Assembly: GCA_905182215.1 (NCBI GenBank)
Contig: CAJJAI010000011.1
Location: 1-64,000 of the forward strand
Direction: 5' to 3'
Length of the DNA stretch: 64,000 nucleotides
Source: Flavobacteriales bacterium UBA6772
GTDB lineage: Bacteria; Bacteroidota; Bacteroidia; Flavobacteriales; UBA7430
The stretch's first letter is position 1, and every line of letters starts with the position of its first letter. The notes under the pieces were generated by a model that was given only the letters and a program-made list of their open reading frames with translations, made no database searches and had not been told where the DNA came from. Made by a program: the position numbers and the translations under genes. This document shows positions 31,639 through 40,007 of this stretch, in pieces.

Positions 31639-32308
31639 GTTTACAAAGTTGGAATTTAATATAGGTAATGGTCATTCCTTTATCTCGGAAAATACCTTCG
31701 TAATTGGTGCGTATTTTAAGCAATTCGTTGTCTGCTTTCTGACGGTCTATATCGTAACTAGAATCTAATACTTTATGTCCGTAGCCCTGTATTACGCCTA
31801 AAGTGTAACCATGCAAAAACTGGGAATCTGTTTTGAGATGTATAATTGCATCGTCGGTTAAAACCTTACGGTACATCTCTAACATATCGGGTGCAGTAAG
31901 ACGTTTTTTTCTGCGACGGTATTTTATTTGAGGGTCGGGAAATGTAATCCATATTTCGCTAATCTCGCCTTTGGCAAAGCAGTTGTGGATCAATTCTATA
32001 TGGGTTCTTAAAAAACCAATATTATCCATTTTATTATCGGTTGCTGTACGAGCACCACGCCACATTCTAGCCCCTTTAATATCTATTCCAATAAAGTTTT
32101 TATCGGGAAAACGCTCTCCTAAACCTACGGTATACTCTCCTTTACCACAACCCAATTCTAAAACAATTGGCTTATCGTTTTTAAAAAACTCTTTATGCCA
32201 GTTCCCTTTTAAAGGAAGACCGTGTTCCAACAAATCTGTTCTTGGTGCTTGCACCATATTTGTAAAGGCCTGGTTATCGGCGAACTTTCTATGTTTATTC
32301 TTTCCCAC
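31631..32308 (-). CDS. trmB: tRNA (guanine46-N7)-methyltransferase
   Basis: It has the MGKNKxxKF N-terminus (GTG start), the SAM motif LELGCGKGEY, and FPDPQ. Confidence 0.93.
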   Translation of the reverse strand: MGKNKHRKFADNQAFTNMVQAPRTDLLEHGLPLKGNWHKEFFKNDKPIVLELGCGKGEYTVGLGERFPDKNFIGIDIKGARMWRGARTATDNKMDNIGFLRTHIELIHNCFAKGEISEIWITFPDPQIKYRRRKKRLTAPDMLEMYRKVLTDDAIIHLKTDSQFLHGYTLGVIQGYGHKVLDSSYDIDRQKADNELLKIRTNYEGIFRDKGMTITYIKFQLCKLD

Positions 32309-32326
32309 AGCTTAATTTTTTGCATG

Positions 32327-32334
32327 CAAAAATA
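32327..32334 (-). promoter_or_regulatory. Candidate -7 box (TATTTTTG) for trmB
   Basis: It is a perfect TAnnTTTG on the minus strand, with 18 nt to the trmB start. Confidence 0.5.
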
Positions 32335-32359
32335 CAAATTCAATACCGATTCCTTTTTC

Positions 32360-32367
32360 TATATTTG
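32360..32367 (+). promoter_or_regulatory. Candidate -7 box (TATATTTG) for the SRPBCC gene
   Basis: It is a perfect TAnnTTTG, with 19 nt to the ATG at 32387. Confidence 0.5.
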
Positions 32368-32386
32368 AAGAAACAATTTTTTAATT

Positions 32387-32926
32387 ATGCGCTTCGTAAA
32401 ATTCACCTTAATAGGTCTTATAGGAATCACTTTAGCTTTTTTTAGTTTAGGTTTTCTCCACCCTAGTTTCAGCTACCAAAACCAAGTAGAAGTTGATGCT
32501 TCTGTAGAAGAATCGTTTAAAACATTCACAAATGAAGCCCTCGCTTCGGAATGGTTACATGGTTATGTTGGAAAAGAAATTTTAAGTGGTAAAGAATTGG
32601 TAGTTGGTTCTCGTTTTTTAATGAAGTTTGAACAAGATGGGGAGGAAATTGAATTTATTGAAACCTTAACAGAATATACAGAAAATGAAAAATTTGTTTT
32701 CGAAATGGAAACAGACTTTTTTAAAGGAACTGTAGGTATTTATTTTGAAGGAAATGCCGAAAGAACAACGATTAAAGTTTTCACTACTTCAGAAGGAAAG
32801 AATTTGTTTTACCGCTCGATGTTTTACTTGCTAAAAAGTGCATTTCAACAACAAGCACAGGTAAATTACGATTTACTTAAAGAATTAATTGAGAAACAAG
32901 AGAAATTCGAAATTCCTGAAAACTAA
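32387..32926 (+). CDS. Membrane-anchored SRPBCC (START/AHSA1-like) superfamily protein
   Basis: It has an N-terminal TM followed by about 150 aa with a beta-rich pattern resembling polyketide cyclase/SRPBCC proteins. The family call is tentative. Confidence 0.45.
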   Translation: MRFVKFTLIGLIGITLAFFSLGFLHPSFSYQNQVEVDASVEESFKTFTNEALASEWLHGYVGKEILSGKELVVGSRFLMKFEQDGEEIEFIETLTEYTENEKFVFEMETDFFKGTVGIYFEGNAERTTIKVFTTSEGKNLFYRSMFYLLKSAFQQQAQVNYDLLKELIEKQEKFEIPEN

Positions 32927-33975
32927 GCCTTTTTAAGTGTGAATGAAAAGGTACATCCCTCGCCTTCGGTGCTTCTTATATTAATGGTTTGATTGTGCGC
33001 TTCAACTATATGCTTCACAATTGCGAGTCCAAGCCCTGAACCCCCTTGATCTCTATCTCTAGATTTATCTACTCTATAAAATCGTTCAAATATTTTATTG
33101 ATATGCTCTCGAGGAATTCCATTTCCGTCGTCTGCTACTTCTACCAAAACTTGCTCTCCCATAGAATAGGTTCTACAAATTACTTCTCCGCCTTCTTTGC
33201 CGTATTTAATGGCATTTACAATCAAGTTTATAAGTACTTGTTTGATTTTCTCTACATCTACCTGCACTAAAAAACGTCCCATTTGTTGATGCTTAACAAC
33301 CAAATTCACATTTCGTTTTTTAGCTTTCAATTCTAATTGATCCACTACATCTTGGATAACCTCAATAATATCTACAGGCTCCTCTTCAATATCTATCGTA
33401 CCCGCTTCGAGCTTTGTAATTTGATCGAGGTCTTCTACAATATGAATCATTCTACCCACGCTTTTATTTGCGCGTTCTAAGAACTTTCTATTAATCTCTT
33501 TGTCATCTATAGCCCCATCGAGCAAGGTGTCTATATACCCTTGAATATTGAAAATTGGCGTTTTTAATTCGTGAGCCACGTTGCCAACAAACTGACGGCG
33601 ATAACTTTCTCGAACCATTAGTTTTTGAATCTCTTGTTCTCTCTTTACATTCCAAGAATTCACATCTTTATGAACCCTTCTAAGATTCACATTTTTCAAA
33701 TCTCCTTCCTTAGACTTTAGGTCGTTGATGTTTTTATAAATCAATTTGATTTTATTGTAGATAAACTGATCTACCAACCAACGCACTAAAAAGAAACTTG
33801 TTAATCCAACTGAGGAAACCAAAATAACAGAATTGGAAAAACTCAACGAAAATTCAAACAGTACAATATGAACAGTCATAACCATCATTAGCAACATTGA
33901 AGTTACTAAAGAAACCAGCCAAGATTGATCCATCGCAGATTTGAGCTTACTTAAGAGTCGAGTTGACTTATTCAT
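32923..33975 (-). CDS. Membrane sensor histidine kinase (PhoR/EnvZ-like)
   Basis: It has two TMs, the H-box VAHELKTPI, the N-box LINLIVNAIKY, G1 DDGNGIP and G2 GGSGLGLAI. Confidence 0.9.
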   Translation of the reverse strand: MNKSTRLLSKLKSAMDQSWLVSLVTSMLLMMVMTVHIVLFEFSLSFSNSVILVSSVGLTSFFLVRWLVDQFIYNKIKLIYKNINDLKSKEGDLKNVNLRRVHKDVNSWNVKREQEIQKLMVRESYRRQFVGNVAHELKTPIFNIQGYIDTLLDGAIDDKEINRKFLERANKSVGRMIHIVEDLDQITKLEAGTIDIEEEPVDIIEVIQDVVDQLELKAKKRNVNLVVKHQQMGRFLVQVDVEKIKQVLINLIVNAIKYGKEGGEVICRTYSMGEQVLVEVADDGNGIPREHINKIFERFYRVDKSRDRDQGGSGLGLAIVKHIVEAHNQTINIRSTEGEGCTFSFTLKKA

Positions 33976-34663
33976 TTACCTTAAATTTATAACCTACACC
34001 TTTTACCGTTTCAATATAATTACGATCTAATTTTTCTCTGAGTTTACGCACATGCACATCTATAGTCCTACTACCTACAACGACATCATCGCCCCATATT
34101 TTCTCAAAAATCTCGTCTCTATTGAATACTTTCCCCGGTTTTGAAGCCAATAAATAAAGTATTTCGAATTCTTTTCTTGGTAATGCCAATGGTTCTTCGT
34201 CAACGGTAACCATATATTTTTCTCTATTAATAGAGAGGTCGAATATGTCAATAACCAAAACCTTTTCGTCAAGCTTATTAACCAAGCCTTTTCTACGTAA
34301 TAAAGCTTTAACCCTACTCACCAAAACTTTGGATTTTATAGGTTTGTAAATATAATCGTCTGCACCAGCTTCTAGTCCTGCTACCTGAGAATAATCTTCC
34401 GCTCTAGCAGTTAAAAAGGTAATGATGATGTGGTCATTTTCAGAATTAGCACGAATAGTTTCACAGGTTTCTATACCATCCATTCCAGGCATCATCACGT
34501 CTAAAACAATTAAATTGGGTTTAAAATCGTGTAGCTTATCTAGTGCCGCTTGACCATTTGTACAAGTAGCTACCTCAAAACCTTCTTTTTTAAGGTTGTA
34601 ACTTAAAAACTCTAAGATGTCTTTCTCGTCATCAACGAGTAGAATGCGATTGTTGTTTGGCAT
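33968..34663 (-). CDS. OmpR/PhoB-family response regulator
   Basis: RILLVDDE...DVMMPGMDG forms the receiver, with a winged-helix C-terminus (VHVRKLREKL...ETVKGVGYKF). I placed the start at the ATG 34661-34663 because an intrinsic terminator lies inside the longer ORF-track extension. Confidence 0.9.
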   Translation of the reverse strand: MPNNNRILLVDDEKDILEFLSYNLKKEGFEVATCTNGQAALDKLHDFKPNLIVLDVMMPGMDGIETCETIRANSENDHIIITFLTARAEDYSQVAGLEAGADDYIYKPIKSKVLVSRVKALLRRKGLVNKLDEKVLVIDIFDLSINREKYMVTVDEEPLALPRKEFEILYLLASKPGKVFNRDEIFEKIWGDDVVVGSRTIDVHVRKLREKLDRNYIETVKGVGYKFKVNE

Positions 34664-34713
34664 ATTTTTAGATGATTTCTGTAAATATAAAAAATATTTA
34701 GAAAAGTATAGAG

Positions 34714-34747
34714 CAAAAAAAACTCCCCCGATTTCTCGGGGGAGTTT
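34714..34747 (-). terminator. Terminator after the PiT-like gene
   Basis: A 12-bp stem AAACTCCCCCGA/TCGGGGGAGTTT with loop TTTC is followed by a T-run on the minus strand. Confidence 0.85.
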
Positions 34748-34755
34748 CAATTATA

Positions 34756-35898
34756 TTATAGTCCTAATTTACTAAAAAACTTTGTTATCCCAGAAGCAAA
34801 CTCTGCTGGAATTGTCTCAATCATTGAAGTTAAAGAGAGTTGATCGTTTACACCTATTGCAATTGCAATAGAGATAAATAAACCAATCATAGCGTAGGAG
34901 AAATCTTTAAGTAATAACTTAACGGAATGCCCTATGCTGTGGTCTCCTGTCTTACGAATAGCCATAGCGACCTCTCTACCACCTAGTAAACCAATAAACA
35001 CCCAAGTTGTACTCATAGGTACAGAACTGTACAATTTGAAATAGAACAAGATGATACAGTAAATAAAATCTACAATGGTTGCAAAACGAACATCGGTAAT
35101 AACAGATTTCTCAGTTACAATTTTCTGAATTCGCCCACCTTTATAATAAAATAATAAACCTAGTCCGATAAACACAACCATGGCAAAACCTATAAACTGG
35201 CCTATATGCATGTTTCGTGGTAGATACACTGCAATGTTAGCAGCATCTTGCATTAACCATACGGACCAAAGCGTACCAGTGGTGATCCATTGTGCTATAG
35301 ACCAACCAAATTTTGCCTCACCTACAAAGTATTTTTTAGCGTATTTAGAGATTACTAAGAATACGGTTACCCCTAAGAAAAAGGCTAATATATAACCACT
35401 CATACTCTTTGCCAATACTTTACCAATAGCAGCAGGAGCAGTAGCAAAAGAAGTTAAAAGAATGAATGTTGTAGAAACAGGCATTCTTAAACGTGTAAGA
35501 ATTAATAAGAATATTGGTGCAGCAATTTGTAAGAAGTGAAATTTTGTTGGTGCAACTTCAAATCCTTTAGCCATCAATCGACCATGCGAAACATCACCAT
35601 TGTAATTATACCAACTGTAGCCTACAGTACATAAAAATATACCCCCGATAAACAACCAAAGCATCCACCATTTTTTATCCTGGTTAGAGGCAATAAAAGT
35701 CCCTAATGTTTGAATGGAATCGTTGGCAACTGCCGCATAAGCGGCAAATAAAAACCCTACCCACATTGCAATTTGAGGATAAGGTGTTGCAAACATAGCA
35801 AGCATAAAGGCTGCTATAACAAAAGTAAGGAATGATTTCTCGTCTTTTTGTAGCCAAAGAGAAACTGGAAAACTAAACCTTCTAATTAGTTTTTTCAT
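34756..35898 (-). CDS. Divergent PiT (PHO4) superfamily permease, putative phosphate transporter
   Basis: It is polytopic, with two internally repeated signature pairs: AVANDSIQTLG with RMPVSTTFILLTS, and MQDAANIAVYL with SVPMSTTWVFIGLLGG. Compare the PiT GANDvaN and lPvSTTh motifs. Confidence 0.6.
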   Translation of the reverse strand: MKKLIRRFSFPVSLWLQKDEKSFLTFVIAAFMLAMFATPYPQIAMWVGFLFAAYAAVANDSIQTLGTFIASNQDKKWWMLWLFIGGIFLCTVGYSWYNYNGDVSHGRLMAKGFEVAPTKFHFLQIAAPIFLLILTRLRMPVSTTFILLTSFATAPAAIGKVLAKSMSGYILAFFLGVTVFLVISKYAKKYFVGEAKFGWSIAQWITTGTLWSVWLMQDAANIAVYLPRNMHIGQFIGFAMVVFIGLGLLFYYKGGRIQKIVTEKSVITDVRFATIVDFIYCIILFYFKLYSSVPMSTTWVFIGLLGGREVAMAIRKTGDHSIGHSVKLLLKDFSYAMIGLFISIAIAIGVNDQLSLTSMIETIPAEFASGITKFFSKLGL

Positions 35899-35937
35899 AA
35901 TAGTGAGAATGCTAATAGCTTAAATAGGATTGTTTAA

Positions 35938-36033
35938 CTATGCTAAAACAGCAATTACATAAACAGCAACTAAAATGGCTGCATATAAAAACTTGCTAAT
36001 CTCGATTCTTGTAACTGTAGTGGTAGTATTCAT
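35938..36033 (-). CDS. Possible 31-aa single-TM peptide upstream of the PiT-like gene
   Basis: The ATG-to-TAG ORF encodes MNTTTTVTRIEISKFLYAAILVAVYVIAVLA. It is below the ORF-track cutoff and has a hydrophobic C-terminal helix. There is no other support. Confidence 0.25.
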   Translation of the reverse strand: MNTTTTVTRIEISKFLYAAILVAVYVIAVLA

Positions 36034-36099
36034 AACGTGTGTTGTTTAAATTTTACTCTGCAAATAAATAACATAAAACACACTGACTGGTTAAACTAA

Positions 36100-36140
36100 A
36101 ATAAACCTAATGTTAAGTTTAGGTTAAGTCGACTTAACCA
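36100..36140 (-). terminator. Terminator-like region after the pentapeptide gene (two overlapping hairpins)
   Basis: There is an 18-nt perfect palindrome GGTTAAGTCGACTTAACC (36122-36139). A second stem AACCTAA/TTAGGTT (36104-36125) shares 4 nt with it and is followed by T-rich sequence on the minus strand. Confidence 0.45.
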
Positions 36141-36162
36141 ACTATAAAACAACACTTTAGCT

Positions 36163-36723
36163 CTACTCGATTTGAAGGTTATATTTATATAACAAACCAA
36201 AAAGAGAGTTACTAGAAAACTTTGCTTTGCGAATATAGTTTAATTCTGGGTCAATACTAAAATTAGCTGTATTTCTAAAATCTGCTACCTCCAAAATAGT
36301 ATTACTGAACATCGCACCCAATAAATTAGAACCCTCAAAGTTTGTATTATTTAAATCTGCTTCAGAGAAATCAACCTCAGTTAAATTACAGTTTTTAAAA
36401 ATTGTTTTGGGGATTTTAAGTCCAAAGAAAGAAGAATAATTAAGCGCTGAATCTGTAAACTTAAATTCCAATAGAAATGTTTTACAAGCATCAAATCGCA
36501 AACCCAATAATTTGCAATTGATAAACGAAACATCTTGAAAAGAAGTGTTGTTTAAATTAGCATTACTCAGATCACAAGTATCAAAGTTAGTATCGTAGAA
36601 TACGATGTTAGACAAATTAAGACCAGAAAAATTATAATTCACAAAAGTGCCGTTCTCGAAATCCTTATCGAGAGACTGCACTTTTGTAAAATCAATATTT
36701 TTGAATACCTGATCGAGTATCAT
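36163..36723 (-). CDS. Pentapeptide-repeat protein (Qnr/MfpA-sized)
   Basis: It is 186 aa and almost entirely A(D/N)LxX-type repeats (NFSGLNLSNIVFYDTNFDTCDLSNANLNNTSF...). There is no signal peptide. Confidence 0.85.
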   Translation of the reverse strand: MILDQVFKNIDFTKVQSLDKDFENGTFVNYNFSGLNLSNIVFYDTNFDTCDLSNANLNNTSFQDVSFINCKLLGLRFDACKTFLLEFKFTDSALNYSSFFGLKIPKTIFKNCNLTEVDFSEADLNNTNFEGSNLLGAMFSNTILEVADFRNTANFSIDPELNYIRKAKFSSNSLFGLLYKYNLQIE

Positions 36724-36743
36724 TTACTACAAAAACTGAAGAG

Positions 36744-37355
36744 TTAATCAATAAATTTCACCTGTCCATTCGACACATTATAAATAGCGCCAACGATCAA
36801 AATTTCGTTAGACTCTACCATTTCTGCCAATATAGGACTATCAGATTTCATTGCTTCAATAGAAAACAAAACATTCTGAACAGCTACTCGCTCTATAGTT
36901 TCTTCGTCCATTTCTGCTCCAGTACTGTATTTTTTAACAGCAGGCTTGATCTTTGAAAGTAAAGCGGTAATGTTCCCTAATTCTACATTGTTACAAGCTG
37001 CAGTTACAGCACCACATTTAGTGTGCCCCATTACAACAACAATTTTAGAACCGGCTACTTTACAGGCATATTCTATAGAGCCCAATACATCTTCATTTAC
37101 AATGTTCCCTGCTACACGAGCACTAAAAACATCGCCTATACCTTGGTCGAAGACTATTTCTGCAGGAACCCTAGAGTCGATACAACTTAAAATTGCAGCA
37201 AAAGGAAATTGACCCTCACTTGTGTCCGCAATTTGCTCTTGCAAATCCCTTTGAATCATCTTATTCTGAACAAATCTAGCATTCCCATCGATTAACATTT
37301 GTAATGCTGCTGTAGGAGTAATCTGCTCTTGTGTAGATTTTGTTAATGCTTTCAT
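36744..37355 (-). CDS. Beta-class carbonic anhydrase
   Basis: The zinc ligand motifs are SCIDSRVP and GHTKCGAV. Confidence 0.92.
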   Translation of the reverse strand: MKALTKSTQEQITPTAALQMLIDGNARFVQNKMIQRDLQEQIADTSEGQFPFAAILSCIDSRVPAEIVFDQGIGDVFSARVAGNIVNEDVLGSIEYACKVAGSKIVVVMGHTKCGAVTAACNNVELGNITALLSKIKPAVKKYSTGAEMDEETIERVAVQNVLFSIEAMKSDSPILAEMVESNEILIVGAIYNVSNGQVKFID

Positions 37356-37365
37356 AATATAATAA

Positions 37366-39201
37366 TTAGTTGTTCTTAATTCCTTTAATAAAAATCAAAC
37401 TCTCTTCCATAGATTCAAAAACATGTTCACTTGGAATAAGAGCCGGAATAATATCTATACGCTCTAACATGGCTTTAGGTTGGGGCAATACATTTACCAA
37501 CAAGATTTTCTTTCCTTGACTTACGAAATCGATCAATATGTCTTCCATAGTAAATAAGCCAGATTGATCCATGTATTGCATACTATCCATTTTAAATATA
37601 ATGTATGCAGCTTCGTTTGGAATTTGCTGAGCCAAACTCTGGAACTCGCTTGTTGAACCAAAGAATAGAGGTCCCTTAATTTGCTTTACTACAATTTGAT
37701 TTTTGACCGCACTTGGCAAATCAATTAAACTTTCCCAATTTTCATTATCTGATAATTGAGTTACTTCAGAATGTTCGGAAGTTAAATCTCCAATTTTCTT
37801 CATAAACATTAAGGAGGCAATAACTAAACCTATTCCTACTGCGTAAACTAAATTCCAAACCGAAGCTAAAACAAGTACAACAATCATTATAACTACTTCT
37901 GACTTTGGCATGTAAGGCATCGCCTTTAAGCCTTTATAATCCATTACTCCAATACCAACCGTTATTAATATACCAGCTAAAACAGCAGCAGGGATTTGAG
38001 AAGCAATAGAACTAAATGCAAGCATAATAACTAACAACATTAAACCAGCAATCATACCGGATAAACGAGTAACCCCACCTGCATTAATATTCACTACAGT
38101 CCTAATTGTTGCCCCAGCTCCTGGAAGTCCACCAAAAAGTGCAGCAACACTATTCCCAATACCCTGTCCAATTAATTCTTTATTTGGTAAATGCTTTGTC
38201 TTTGTTAAATTATCCGCAACTACGGAGGTTAATAGTGTGTCTATTGCCCCCAAAAGAGCCAATGTAAGTGCCGTAAAAAAGTAAGGCATAATACTCGTTA
38301 AACTAAAGTCGGTAAAGACAGAGAAATTTGGAACTGGAAAACCACTTGGTATAGTTTCAATTGGACGATAGTCTAATCCAAAACCTACTGCTATACCAGA
38401 TATTAAAATTAAAGCAACCAATGTGCTTGGCACTTTAGTGGTGATTCGCTTAAATCCATAAATAACTATAATGGTAGACAATGCGAGTATTAACTCTAAC
38501 CAATTTATATGCTGTAAAGCTCTAGGTAATATTTTTAAAGAACCTAGTACACCAGAAGCTTCTCTACCTGCGATTGTTTTAGATTCTGTAATAATTTGAG
38601 TATCTGTAATATCAGCAGCTCTCTCAATTGTCACTTCAAAATTTTCTAAAACAAGAATTCCATCACTTGCCTCATCTTTTAAAATATTATCTAAAAGAAC
38701 CTCTTCAGCCTGTGGCTTAAACTGATTCACAAAAGACATATCTTCTTTTGGATAATAACCAACAAACGGTAAGAGTTGTGTTATTAAAATAATAACTCCA
38801 ATAGCCGTCATAAAACCAGAAACTACTGGGTAAGGAATATATTTTATATAACGACCAACACCAAGTATACCTAGTAAAACTTGTATTAATCCTGATAGTA
38901 AAAATACGGCTAGTATGGCTGGAAGTGCCTTCGATACATCTCCTTCGAAGGAAGCAATGATCCCTGCAATTACCACCATACTAACAGCAGTCATAGGTGC
39001 TGTTGGCCCAGAAATTTGAGTGTTAGTCCCACCAAAAAGTGCAGCAAAAAAACCTACAAAAATAGCGCCGTACAAACCAGCACTTGGACCTAAGCCTGAA
39101 CTTACACCAAATGCTAAAGCTAATGGCAAGGCAACAATACCGGCAGTAATACCACCGTAAATATCACCTTTTAGGTGCTTAAAATTGAACATATTTTTCA
39201 T
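37366..39201 (-). CDS. SulP-family anion transporter with a C-terminal STAS domain
   Basis: It has the N-terminus LKGDIYGGITAGIVALPLALAFGV, a polytopic core, and about 130 aa of STAS (IKGPLFFGSTSEF...). Confidence 0.9.
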   Translation of the reverse strand: MKNMFNFKHLKGDIYGGITAGIVALPLALAFGVSSGLGPSAGLYGAIFVGFFAALFGGTNTQISGPTAPMTAVSMVVIAGIIASFEGDVSKALPAILAVFLLSGLIQVLLGILGVGRYIKYIPYPVVSGFMTAIGVIILITQLLPFVGYYPKEDMSFVNQFKPQAEEVLLDNILKDEASDGILVLENFEVTIERAADITDTQIITESKTIAGREASGVLGSLKILPRALQHINWLELILALSTIIVIYGFKRITTKVPSTLVALILISGIAVGFGLDYRPIETIPSGFPVPNFSVFTDFSLTSIMPYFFTALTLALLGAIDTLLTSVVADNLTKTKHLPNKELIGQGIGNSVAALFGGLPGAGATIRTVVNINAGGVTRLSGMIAGLMLLVIMLAFSSIASQIPAAVLAGILITVGIGVMDYKGLKAMPYMPKSEVVIMIVVLVLASVWNLVYAVGIGLVIASLMFMKKIGDLTSEHSEVTQLSDNENWESLIDLPSAVKNQIVVKQIKGPLFFGSTSEFQSLAQQIPNEAAYIIFKMDSMQYMDQSGLFTMEDILIDFVSQGKKILLVNVLPQPKAMLERIDIIPALIPSEHVFESMEESLIFIKGIKNN

Positions 39202-39204
39202 GAA

Positions 39205-39876
39205 TTATGGTTTTAAAAAGTTAAAAACTAGCTCTAAATAAAAACTAGATATTGCGTCTTCTTCATTAGACATATCGGTTAAAGAAGGCAAGTGATCAGC
39301 AAAATACTTTTGCTGATGTGCCCCTTCAATAACTGTAGAAGTTAACATATGAGAAAATTGAAAGTTAGGTGTAATTTCGAGCATTATTGAGCTCACCCTC
39401 TGCACCACGGATTTATAGGCTTTAAAACATCCTTTTTTATTTTCTTCATCTACCTTTTTTGTATGGAATGTCTTTAAGGATTCAGAAAAAATAATTTGGC
39501 TTAACAATACTTCATTTACATGAGATATTGAAGTGTCTTCTAGCACAGGCTTTGTTAATATGAGAATTGCTTTTCGCAAACGATCTATTGGATCGCTAAC
39601 GTTGGTGGTTGCAAAAACAATTCTACACTCAGTCCAGGTCCAATACCAACTCGTTAAATAAATGAGTAAACTGTGTTTACTGTCAAAATAACGATAGATA
39701 GAACTCTCATTAGACTGAATTAAACAGCCTAATTTTTTAAATGTAAACGCTTCAAAACCTATCTCATTAATCATTTCGATACTTTTTGAAATGATTTTTC
39801 TACCCAACTCTGATGAGTTAGGATCTTTAATATATAGCTCTGAGCCTACTTCTATCTGTATGTTTAATGTTTTCAT
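39205..39876 (-). CDS. TetR-family transcriptional regulator
   Basis: It has an N-terminal HTH (GFEAFTFKKLGCLIQSNESSIYRYFDSKHSLL). It lies 3 nt upstream of the SulP gene. Confidence 0.85.
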   Translation of the reverse strand: MKTLNIQIEVGSELYIKDPNSSELGRKIISKSIEMINEIGFEAFTFKKLGCLIQSNESSIYRYFDSKHSLLIYLTSWYWTWTECRIVFATTNVSDPIDRLRKAILILTKPVLEDTSISHVNEVLLSQIIFSESLKTFHTKKVDEENKKGCFKAYKSVVQRVSSIMLEITPNFQFSHMLTSTVIEGAHQQKYFADHLPSLTDMSNEEDAISSFYLELVFNFLKP

Positions 39877-39893
39877 TTTGGAACTAATAATTA

Positions 39894-39901
39894 CAAAGAT
39901 A
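39894..39901 (-). promoter_or_regulatory. Candidate -7 box (TATCTTTG) for the TetR-SulP-CA operon
   Basis: It is a perfect TAnnTTTG on the minus strand, with 17 nt to the TetR ATG. Confidence 0.5.
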
Positions 39902-39916
39902 ATAGTAATACTATTA
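39900..39916. promoter_or_regulatory. 17-bp perfect palindrome, candidate TetR operator
   Basis: TAATAGTA-A-TACTATTA overlaps the upstream edge of the -7 box by 2 nt. Confidence 0.45.
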
Positions 39917-39952
39917 ATAAAGTATGTAAACTGATTATTTTAAATTTATTCA

Positions 39953-39986
39953 CAAAAAAACGGGCTTTTGTAGAAGCCCGTTTTTA
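39953..39986 (-). terminator. Terminator after the porin gene
   Basis: The stem CGGGCTT/AAGCCCG is flanked by A7 and T5. Confidence 0.8.
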
Positions 39987-40007
39987 AGTATGATGAGAGT
40001 TTTCTGC

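Noticed and set aside
32923-32926. A 4-nt overlap of convergent stop codons (CTAA) between the SRPBCC gene and the histidine kinase gene, with no terminator between them.
   Set aside because: This is a compact-genome curiosity only, with no evidence of a regulatory antisense interaction.
36110-36118. A 9-mer ATGTTAAGT shared between the region upstream of the PiT-like locus and the porin upstream region (41290-41298), considered as a common Pho-box.
   Set aside because: A single shared AT-rich 9-mer between two intergenic regions of this size is plausibly chance by a rough estimate. At 36110-36118 it also forms part of the terminator hairpins of the pentapeptide operon.
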